A stretch of DNA of 64,000 nt from Octopus sinensis (taxonomy: Eukaryota), in the NCBI RefSeq assembly GCF_006345805.1, contig NC_043002.1:11532001-11596000 (forward strand). The letters are read 5' to 3'. Of the stretch, positions 54,764 to 64,000 are shown in pieces (the stretch's first letter is position 1; every line of letters starts with the position of its first letter). A program made the translations under genes and the position numbers. Below the pieces are notes generated by a model. The model saw only the letters and a program-made list of their open reading frames with translations, did not search any database and was not told the origin of the DNA.

Positions 54764-54850
54764 GGGAGAGTTTACGAAAACACCCACAAAAGACGAAGAC
54801 AGGTGGTGTACAAAACAAATAGATGTATTAGTATAACGCTCAGGAATTAT
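54760..54850 (-). mobile_element. Family H copy truncated before the ribozyme
   Basis: gggagagtttacgaaaa..caaaagacgaagacaggtgg.gtacaaa..atgtattagtata.cgct.aggaa matches 61597-61678. Confidence 0.7.
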
Positions 54851-54999
54851 ATATATATATTAGAAACAGCTGTGAGACCATCTATCTATAATTCTCTAAT
54901 ATCTATACAGCTTTGGTTTTTATCTGATTACGCAAAAAATTCATATATACACACGTTGAACCCTTTATTCGCAATATTACCGAATCTGGAACTTAACTA

Positions 55000-55108
<109 letters not shown>

Positions 55109-55189
55109 GTATATGTATTGGATTTACTTTGACCGGTCACATGTCAAAGTTTGACAATTCGACCAAAAAAAAAAACGTCGTCGACTTTG

Positions 55190-55290
55190 TCTTTCATCCT
55201 TTTGGCGTTCGATAAAATAAGTACAAGTTGAACACTTGGGGACGATGTAACCGCCTTGCCCCACTCCTAAAATTGCTGGACTCGTGTCGA
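55190..55290 (+). mobile_element. SINE family B core fragment
   Basis: gtcgactttgtctttcatccttttggcgttcgataaaataagtac. Confidence 0.65.
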
Positions 55291-55544
55291 AATTTTAAGA
55301 AAGTCTTACTGATTTCTGTTGCTCTGAATATTCCCATCATCGGCAACGTACAAATCATGGAGATTTGTTCTTTCGCTAAGAGTCTACATTCAGCGATACT
55401 TCGATCCAAGCAGGTTATGGCTTATCTTTTCTCGGTGCTACTTTGGTACGCGATCTACGTGTCATGAAACTGCTTTGTTATGCGATCTACTCTTTATTTT
55501 GTGATCTACAAGAAGAAAAGTTATACTTTTAATAACATATGTAC

Positions 55545-55848
55545 CGTTATGATACCGTTACCGACCAGGCTATCAGATGTTGCTACACATCGCTGGTCAC
55601 AATGCGCTTCGCATTGTTTTAGCTTTCAAATGACGCCACCCCGGTGGCTAAGCGAGCAGGCCAACAGAGGAAAGAGTGAGAGGAAGTTGTGGCGAAAGAG
55701 TGCAGGGATCGCCCCCTCCCCGCCGGAAACTCGTGGAGATTTTAAGTGTTTTAATTCAATAAATACTCACAACGTCCGGTCTGGGAATCGAAACCGCGAT
55801 CCTACGACCGCGAGTCCGCTGCCCTAACCACAGGGCCATTGCGCCCCA
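55545..55848 (-). mobile_element. SINE family C2 with a second tail type
   Basis: Head ggggcgcaatggccctgtggttagggcagcggactcgcggtcgtagg and the same body, with a different 3' segment. Confidence 0.85.
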
Positions 55849-55934
55849 TAATAATAAATGTATTAACGATAAAATTGTATTAATGATAAAATGAGTAAAT
55901 TTGTTTCAAATTTGCTTTCTTCTATTTTTTTTTA

Positions 55935-56080
55935 TAATCCTTACTACTATAGGAACAAGGCCTGAAATTTTTGGGGAGGGCCAGCCGATTGGAATCGACC
56001 GTAATGCGCAACTGGTACTTAATTTATCGTCCCTGAAAAGATGAAAGGCAAAGTCGACCTCGGCAGATTTTGAACTCAGA
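55935..56080 (-). mobile_element. SINE family B
   Basis: ggaacaaggcctgaaatttttgggg..ctggtacttaatttatcg..gatgaaaggcaaagtcgacctcggc. Confidence 0.75.
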
Positions 56081-56225
56081 TAATATCTTTTTAATGATTG
56101 ATGTATAAAATGTATAAAAATTTCAATTCTCGATTTTTTACTTTTCTAGCTGATGTTGTTCGATTTGCCCATAAAATTAGTAAACTTGTTTCGAATCTAG
56201 TCCAATTTTATTTTTTAAAAATCAT

Positions 56226-56642
56226 AGGCGCAGGAGTGGCTGTGTGGTAAGTAGCTTGTTTATCAACCACATGGTTCCGGGTTCAGTCCCACTGCGTGGC
56301 ACCTTGGGCAAGTGTCTTCTACTATAACCTCGGGCCGACCAAAGCCTTGTGAGTGGATTTGGTAGACGGAAACTGAAAGAAGCCCGTCGTATATGTATAT
56401 ATATATATATATATATATGCGTGTGTGTGTTTGTGTGTCTGTGTTTGTCCCCCTAGCATTGCTTGACAACCGATGCTGGTGTGTTTATGTCCCCGTTACT
56501 TAGCGGTTCGGCAAAGAGACCGATAGAATAAGTACTGGGCTTACAAAAGAATAAGTCCCGGGGTCGAGTTGCTCGATTAAAGGCGGTGCTCCAGCATGGC
56601 CGCAGTCAAATGACTGAAACAAGTAAAAGAGTAAAAGAGTAT
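56226..56642 (+). mobile_element. tRNA-derived SINE family A, full-length, CpG-intact
   Basis: Pol III A-box (gtggctgtgtggtaa) and B-box (ggttcagtccc), then ccttgggcaag body, internal (TA)n/(TG)n, and a 3' end ...gctccagcatggccgcagtcaaatgactgaaac(aagtaaaagag)n. Confidence 0.9.
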
Positions 56643-56793
56643 AAAAATGTAAGAATATTTTATTGAAGCCATAATAAGTACATGAAACATGTAGATTGCG
56701 TACTAAAGTAGAATTTGACTCTTGTCTGTCATCTTGGCTACGTAGATCGCTTACCAAAGTAGCAAACTTTTCAATCCTGTAATAATCCTTTCT

Positions 56794-57028
56794 AAGGCGG
56801 CGAGCTGGCAGAAACGTTAGCACACCGGGCAAAATGCGTAGCCGTATATCGTCTGTCGTTACGTTCCGATTTTAAATTCCGCCGATGTCGACTTTGCCTC
56901 ACATCCTTTCGGAGTCGATAAATTAAGTACCAGTTACGCACTGGGCTCGATGTAATCGACTTAATCCGTTTGTCTATTCACGTTTGTCCCTTCTATGTTT
57001 AGCCCCTTGTGGGCAATAAAGAAATAAG
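56794..57028 (+). mobile_element. tRNA-derived SINE family B, unit 1 of a tandem dimer
   Basis: aaggcggcgagctggcagaaacgttagc (A-box-like), ..aaattccgcc (B-box-like), core gtcgactttgcc..catcctttcgg.gtcgataaattaagtaccag. Confidence 0.85.
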
Positions 57029-57245
57029 AAACGTTAGCGTGTCGGGCGAAATGCGTAGCGGTATTTCGTCAGCCGTTACGTTCTGAGTTCAAATTACGCC
57101 GAGGTCGACTTTGCCTTTCATCCTTTCGGGGTCGATAAATTAAGTACCAGTTACGCACTGGGCTCGATGTAATCGACTTAATCCATTTGTCTGTCCTTGT
57201 TTTCCCCTCTGTGTTTATCCCCTTGTGGGTAGTAAGACAATAGGT
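57029..57245 (+). mobile_element. SINE family B, unit 2 of the dimer
   Basis: Restarts at gaaacgttagc; same core and tail as unit 1. Confidence 0.85.
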
Positions 57246-57409
57246 ATGGTTAGTGGGCCCAATTGAGTGATTTTTAAATTTGACACAAATATTTGCACAA
57301 CAATGAGAGGGCAGCATAGAAAAGAAAATGGTCTGTGTTGAGGCGACGCCAATAATCAAAGCTTGTCATACTTCAACTAACGAATGCAAAATGATCATTT
57401 CTCTTAACT

Positions 57410-57565
57410 TTTACAAAAGGGGAGCTAAAGTACTTTGGTCACGTAGTAAGAATACAAGTTATACAATGACTATTCCTATAAGAATAGTGAGATGGCAAAT
57501 GCTTTAGAAGAAAACCTAGAACAAACTGGTTTGATAAGGTCAAGGCCTGGACTAAACTAGAGAAT
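57410..57565 (+). mobile_element. RTE/BovB-like LINE ORF C-terminal fragment
   Basis: Reads K(R)ELKYFGHVVR ... DGKCFRRKPRTNWFDKVKAWTKLE, matching the RTE motif LKYFGHxxR...GRPRxRWxDxIK; the fragment is frameshifted. Confidence 0.65.
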
Positions 57566-57589
57566 GATGAATGCAATTTGCATCACCGG

Positions 57590-58158
57590 TCTGAAACCCC
57601 TATCTTGCCCAGGATATTAATCGTCTTGAAGCCGTTCAGCGACGTGCAACCAAGAGAATACCCTCCATCAGGCATTTGCCATATTCTGAACGCCTTACTT
57701 CCCTGGGCATGGACACATTGAAACTCCGACATCTAGCAGCTGACTTGGCAGACACCTATAAAATTATTAACCATCTTACTAACAATAACTCTGAGCACCT
57801 TTTCAAACTCCACCTGTCTAACACCCGTGGACATGTTTACAAAGTCAGAAAACCGCACAGCTCCCATGACTTTAGGAAACATTTTTTTCACGCTGAGAGT
57901 TGCTGAAGCATGGAACAAACTGCCGGCATCAGTTGTTAGTTGTTGGAGCACTGCATCCTTCAAAACTTCCATGCTTCCTGAGATTCGCCAACACTACACC
58001 TGATTTTCTCCCCTCCATACACACGCAAGCATGTATCTGACTCATACACTGTTCACTTTCCAGACATTTGTACATTACTGTATATACTTTATACGCACTT
58101 TTTGACAAGTTGTGGTGCACCTGAGCACTGTATACAATAATTTCATTATTATTATTAT
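57590..58158 (+). mobile_element. CR1-type LINE 3' end with (ATT)n tail
   Basis: Translates as PYLAQDINRLEAVQRRATKRIP..LPYSERL..TRGHVYK..RKHFF / TLRVAEAWNKLPASVV..SFK, the typical CR1 ORF2 C-terminus. One frameshift lies in a T run near 57885, and the element ends in attattattatt. Confidence 0.88.
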
Positions 58159-58890
58159 ATGAATGGCAGTGAAAAAAACCCGAATAGAGATCCTTGATAC
58201 TGAATCTGCTGAGGGCAGACGGCACCTGATGACAAGCAATTCTCTTCTGAAGTATCTCAATTCTCATGGTGATTTGTTTTTATGTTGTTGTTTAATTGCA
58301 ACATAACACCCCTTTTTTGTTAATGAATCCTTCAAATTATTTTTCGTTAATCATTTTATCCCTTGTATCTTTCATTGAATTGCAGCCAGAAAAAACAAAA
58401 CTGAGTTTTTACCGGCCATCTTCTGATTCCCGTTGATAATATTCAGAAATTCAGAGTTTTCTGCGAAGTGTAAAAATCATATTCTCGTGTGTTCGTTGAC
58501 AATTTTGATAAAATTTGTGTAAATTATGAAAAGAATTAGCCCCATAGGTAAGCTAGAACCAACCAATCACTGTACATACACAAAAAACATAGCTATCGAT
58601 TTAATGAACATATACAAATCATTCATCCCTTCTGCAACAAAACAATATACCGGCATCGATTAAATACTACGTATATAATATTTAGCCACACTAACACAAC
58701 TGACCGTTGGTCAACGACGCAAGATCTTAAGATATCGGGAGTTGATCTTTTAATTCTAGTTATGAGGAAGACGTCACCGAGGGTCGACACACTGTCGTAT
58801 ATAAGTGTATACATACATACATACATACAGCGATTATTTATATATGTATATATGCATGTGTGTATGTATATATATATATATTATATATAT

Positions 58891-58917
<27 letters not shown>

Positions 58918-58921
<4 letters not shown>

Positions 58922-59072
58922 TATATTAAATTAGAGACAAAACCACTATTAGGCAAATCAAACAATGAAAGACTTAAGCCAATACATAAATTAATTTATA
59001 TTATTTAAATATGTAACAATTTCATTGTTTGATTGCCTAATAGTGGTTTTGTCTCTAATTCAATATAATATA
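58918..59072. repeat. Long near-perfect inverted repeat (~53-bp arms, ~49-bp loop)
   Basis: aattagagacaaaaccactattaggcaaatcaaacaatgaaa vs tttcattgtttgattgcctaatagtggttttgtctctaatt (one indel). Confidence 0.9.
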
Positions 59073-59138
59073 ATATTTTACTTTAAAATTGGATTCAATC
59101 CTAAATCTGATTTTCCCTGTAAGTTTGGATTTATTCCC

Positions 59139-59184
<46 letters not shown>

Positions 59185-59199
59185 CGTGTATACATATAT

Positions 59200-59381
59200 A
59201 CTCTTTTACTCTTTTACTTGGAGTATCGCCTTTAGTCGAACAAATCGACCCCAGGACTTATTTTTCGTCACACTGGTACATATCCTATTGGTCTCTTTTG
59301 CCTAATTGCTAAGTTACGGGGACGTAAACACACCGGCATCAGTTGTTAAGCGATGTTGGGGGGACAAACACAGACACACAA

Positions 59382-59422
<41 letters not shown>

Positions 59423-59608
59423 CATATATATATACATGTATACGACAGGCTTCTTTCAGCTTCTGTCTACCAAATCCACTCACAAGACTTTGGTCGGCCC
59501 GAGGCTATAGTAGAAGACACTTGCCCAAGGTGCCACGCAATGGGACTGAACCCGGAACCATGTGGTTGGTAAGCAACCTACTTACCACACAGTCACTCCT
59601 GCGCCTAT
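59200..59608 (-). mobile_element. SINE family A, near full-length
   Basis: Reverse complement collinear; ends cctgcgcctat. Confidence 0.88.
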
Positions 59609-59697
59609 AAAATGTTTCGTGGCAGCTCCCAAATACCGAAATCCGGGAATGAACCGAGGGCCTTTAAATATTTAGTCTACCGCTCTCCCATTTTTTT

Positions 59698-60135
59698 ATT
59701 CTTTTACTTGTCTCAGTCATTTGACTACTGTGGCCTGGCTGGAGCATCGCCTTTAGTCGAACAAATCGACCCTAGGACTTATTCTTTGTCAGCCTGGTAC
59801 ATATCCTATCATTCTCCTTTGCCAAATCGCTAAGTTACGGGGACGTAAACACACCAACATCGGTTGTCAAATGATGGTGGGGGGACAAACATTGAGACAC
59901 ACTCAATACACACACACACACATATATAGATGTATATATATATATAATATATATATATTATATATATATATATATTATATATATATATATATACGACGGG
60001 CTTCTTTCAGTTTCCGCCTGCAAATCCACTCACAACAGTTTGGTCGGCCCGGGGCTTTTGTAGAAGAGACTTACCCAAGGTGCCACCCGGAACCATGAGG
60101 TTGGAAGCAAGCTTCCCCCCACCCAGCCACGCTTG
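59698..60135 (-). mobile_element. SINE family A, near full-length
   Basis: Reverse complement collinear. Confidence 0.85.
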
Positions 60136-60177
60136 CATCTATATGTACACACATTCATGTATATATATATATATTCG

Positions 60178-60556
60178 TGGCACTATGTCGGTTACGACGA
60201 CGAGCTTTCTAGTTGATCCGATCAACGGAACAGCCAGCTAGTTAAATTAACGTGAAAGTGGCTGAGCACTCCACAGATACGTGTACGCTTATCATACTTC
60301 ACGAGGAGATTCAGCGTGACAGAGAGTGTGTCAAGTTTGGCCCTTGAAATACAGATACAACGGAAAGAGGAAGAAAGAGTGAGAGAAAGTTGTGGTGAAA
60401 GAGTAAAGAAGGGATCGCCACCAACCCTTGCCGGAGCCTCGCGGAGCTTTAGGTGTTTTCGCTCAATAAACACTGACAACGCCCGGCCTGGGAATCAAAA
60501 CCGCGATCCTACGACCATGAGTCCGCTGCCCTAGCCACTGAGTCATTGCACCTCCG
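60178..60556 (-). mobile_element. SINE family C2 with a third tail type
   Basis: Same head and body; the 3' ~180 bp is unrelated to the other two tails. Confidence 0.85.
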
Positions 60557-61067
60557 CACACATATAAAATTTAAATTATTAGACAATGGAGAAAATCTTA
60601 GATCAACAAATCAATTGGACCACATTTGTAGCTTATTATTATTTAATACAAAACATGATATAACATAACATTTATGTGACATAACATTTATGTGACATAA
60701 CAATTCTTACGGCCGTTTCCGCTTCCGATGTCAGTCGGTACCTACGCAGGAATTGCGAAAATAGTATTCTTCGTCTTCATAGGATATTCTGACTAGAACA
60801 TGGAGATTCATCAGATTGAATACTAAAGCGTCCAAAACAAACAAAAGGAAGACGGAATAAGAAAGAAAACATGGCTAAGAGAAAAAGCCTGATACACTTT
60901 TGTTTAATCTGTTGTTACCTGTACTCTGCGAGCATAGCGTGCCTGCACTGCATCCCCATGCCCACGGGTAACACGGGTAACTGATACCGATAGTAAATAC
61001 GGATATTTTATCCCTTAGTCGGTTACTATAACCGCTAACTCTGCTTACCTATATATATATATATATA

Positions 61068-61311
61068 TAACAAAGATGTACAGGTTTCAAGTCATTACGG
61101 CCGTTTCAAAGGCTCCCTTTACTTGATTAACGAAAGCATATCATCAATTTGAAAGAAACCGCACTCTTCAGATGACCACATAGACTTGAAACACAAAGGA
61201 TAAACAATTTTTTAAGCAAATTTACATCAATAATGGAAACAAATATATTTATATTGTTTCCTTTTGTTATATCGGTAGCAGAACTGAATTGACACTTGTA
61301 CATCTTTGTTA
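61068..61311 (-). mobile_element. Small Penelope-like/MITE-like element with a hammerhead ribozyme
   Basis: Perfect 15-bp (imperfect 26-bp) inverted ends taacaaagatgtaca; internal hammerhead motif; left end abuts (TA)n. Confidence 0.6.
61084..61192 (-). ncRNA. Type I hammerhead ribozyme (predicted)
   Basis: Minus strand: GUUUCAA-gucuaugug-GUCAU CUGAAGA [long stem II] GAAAC GGCC GUA/ AUGAC UUGAAAC. Canonical core, perfect 5+7-bp stem I with a 9-nt bulge, and palindromic ACGGCCGU stem III. Confidence 0.7.
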
Positions 61312-61594
61312 CTTGTTTATATTTTCTTCACCTAATTTGGAATCTGCACATACTATAAAAAGTAACTTTATATAAAGTACATGTCTGAATAACGAAGAGC
61401 GGATATCTTCACTTAGCTGGGTTGCGTTGTCTACACACGCGGCAGGAATATTGGGTACAAAACCTCTACACGGAGTCTTGATATTCAATGTTCATATAGT
61501 ATTGTTGGGGTGTGCAGATTATACCGAACAAGCAAGATGCCTTAATTTAAGTTCCTAATTCAACTGAATCTGAATATATATATATTATATATAT

Positions 61595-61795
61595 TAAGGG
61601 AAAGTTTACGAAAATAAACAAAAGACGAAGGCAGGTGGAGTACAAACAAACAAATGTATTAGTATAGCGCTTAGGAATAGAAATAGAAAAAGTATTTTAC
61701 GTTTCGAGCCTACGCTCTTCGACAGAAAGATACACAGAAAAAAACAAGGACAGAAACAAGGAGAGAAAAAAACAAGGAGAGAAACAAGGTTTCAT
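61595..61795 (-). mobile_element. Family H copy, CpG-intact
   Basis: Minus strand: tcttt CTGTCGA A GAGC gtag GCTC GAAAC GTA aaat at 61694-61730. Confidence 0.7.
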
Positions 61796-62276
61796 AATTT
61801 TTCTATCGTCTTGGCTTAACAGCCCTCACCGTTTGTTTTTACTGTTTTGTTCTCATTGTTCTGTTTTTTTATTACTGTTTTTAATTGTTATCGTTTTTAT
61901 TGTTGTATTCTCACTGTCCTCTTCTTGTTACCACTTACACACTCCGCAAAAAATTCCAAATTTTATTTAATTTGCTTTGCGGGAAGGATTGTTTCAACGA
62001 AGTCGCATCTTGTCCTTGCCCTCGAAACCGCGGAGTAGATGAAGCAGGGACAACGGAAGAAGGGGAATATTCTTTATGTTGCATGTCTCGCTTGTCTGTT
62101 TGTTTTTTTTCGTTGTTCGAAAAAAAATTTCGTTTCTATGTTTTTGTTTTTATGTTTTCGTCTCTCATTGTGGTCAACGTTTTTTTTATGTCCTGTACCC
62201 ATATATGCATGTATATATACATATATATGTAGGTATGTACATATATGTATGTATATATGCATATATTTATATACTA

Positions 62277-62312
<36 letters not shown>

Positions 62313-62543
62313 TGTATGTATGTATGTATAAACGCATTATCTAGGTAAACGTATATAAGTGTATATATCAGGAAGGGAGAATGCCAGACCACACAATTCT
62401 CTGATAAACTTTCTTAGGTTCACCAGGTAATGATTTCACATAAACCACACAGCACTGCTGACCTGGGGCTAAAAGAATGACGACGTTTTCAACTTAGTTT
62501 CTCTATTTTCGTTCCATTCTATATTCAGAAAGCACCAAAACAC

Positions 62544-62578
<35 letters not shown>

Positions 62579-62589
62579 ACATAGAAGCT

Positions 62590-62700
62590 GCAATATATTC
62601 AGATTTATATATCGACAAGTTTCTGCAAGCAATCCCAGATAAACCGTTCACATAGCGATATGTCTTCCGTGTGTACAACCTCTTGCTTGACTGGGCAGAG
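62590..62700 (+). mobile_element. Probable decayed LINE ORF2 end (CR1/L2-like)
   Basis: Reads DLYIDKFLQAIPDKP, resembling the LDKFLxxIPDxP motif at the end of some CR1-group ORF2s; short and followed by a stop. Confidence 0.35.
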
Positions 62701-62939
62701 GAGATGACATTTACATATCGCGTTTCATAATCAGTTGGTGCGGTATTGATGTGAAGTTAGACATCAACTGAGCCATTGATGACTGAAACACCAAGAGATG
62801 TCTGATGCGCGCACACATACACACACATGCTTCTCTACATATGTATGTACATACATGAAAATATCCATACACAAATTATATACATATAATCTATCTATTT
62901 ATCTATATAACACACACACACATATATATATGCATATAT

Positions 62940-62987
<48 letters not shown>

Positions 62988-63095
62988 TATATATGTATAC
63001 AACATACATATATATATATATATATTGCATGTATATATATATATAAAATATATATATGTTTATATGTATGTTTCTATTTATTCATGTATGCCTGT

Positions 63096-63131
<36 letters not shown>

Positions 63132-63169
63132 TGTATGTATATATGTATATCTATATTTGTCTGTATGTA

Positions 63170-63209
<40 letters not shown>

Positions 63210-63246
63210 TGTGTATATATATATATAATATATATATATATCTATA

Positions 63247-63460
63247 CTAGCAGAGATACCCGGCGTTCCCGTGTTACATACAATTGAAGAATTAGACTTT
63301 TCTGTTATATTTTCTCTAATGAACTGGAGTATCTATGTTTCGAATTTCATCAAAATTGCAGATGAGGGTTATTTCCCTCTTTACACACCCCACAAAAATT
63401 GTAATCGTGCCACATATATCCCATACTACTGATTTTTATGCACATATTCCAAAATTCCAG
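63247..63460 (-). mobile_element. Helitron-like 3' end
   Basis: Minus strand reads cacgggaacgccgggtatctctgCTAG|t; the 5' end was not located, so the right boundary is approximate. Confidence 0.5.
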
Positions 63461-64000
63461 TCTTATTGAACCTGATAAAAAGATTTTGCTCCTGAAAAAT
63501 GAAGGGCATAGAGCTCTAAAATATGAGAGTTAAGGCCCCTGTTGGGTGTGGGCATCTTAATGTCAACCAGACAAGTTGAATTGTTGAGAATCTTTTTTAC
63601 TTGGGTCTTATATCTATTGTTTGAATTTTTTTGAAATAGGGAATATATGTTCACTGGGTTTCTAAAAGAGAGCAAATCTACAGGAAACCAAAAGTCGAAT
63701 GACCACAATAAGCAGTCAGCTACCCTACCCTAGTTGTTACCACTCCCAATGTAGGATTCCTCACCATCCACGTGACAGGCACAGCTGTAAGATGCATTAC
63801 GAATCTATAGCAACTGGAAGGGCGTGACCCAACTGAAATAAACATTAACAATTGTGTGACGTGAGGGCTAAGGAGAATTGAAAGTTGGAGTTTGCAAATG
63901 ACCACTAAACTGATATGTAACTGGACAGAATAAATTTACAATCTATAAATGCCTTTGAATAACCAGTCATTCATCTGGGAAGGCCTTGACATCAATGTTA

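Noticed and set aside
55790-55848. tRNA-like sequences (also 56226, 34029, 30777, 29195)
   Set aside because: They are SINE heads followed by SINE bodies; no complete cloverleaf with an acceptor stem is evident.
58350-58520. Possible THAP-domain remnant (C..NCS, LSFYR)
   Set aside because: Needs several frameshifts and stops; too weak to call.
62005-62052. Hairpin ttgtccttgc/gcagggacaa enclosing GAAACCGCGG..GATGAA
   Set aside because: Lacks CU and stem I, so it cannot form a hammerhead; may be chance.
63700-64000. IDVKAF on the minus strand, like an RT motif
   Set aside because: Downstream QG and YADD motifs were not found.

Overview
AT-rich eukaryotic non-coding DNA saturated with microsatellites and retroposons. 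The (TA)n/(CA)n/(AAT)n/(GAT)n/(GATA)n density and the tRNA-derived SINE families point to an octopus/cephalopod genome (inference). No host protein-coding gene could be recognised, and nearly all ORFs in the track are translations of microsatellites. The only clear coding remnants are: a 5'-truncated RTE-clade LINE (37357-39482, minus; RT plus a PHD-type finger, two frameshifts), a CR1-type LINE 3' end (57590-58158), a small RTE/BovB-like fragment, and mariner transposase C-terminal remnants. Also present are three tRNA-headed SINE families (about 30 copies), about 15 short 3'-end copies of RTE LINEs, MITEs, a hAT-like element, Helitron-like pieces and a 100-N gap. The most notable signals are several hammerhead-ribozyme motifs in small Penelope-like elements. 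One is a full type I fold at 61084-61192 inside a 244-bp element bounded by inverted repeats; another is a repeat family with a non-canonical CUGUYGA core. Other signals are SINE 3'-tail swapping and a CpG-decay step near 50-52 kb. All structures were derived by eye and have not been computed.
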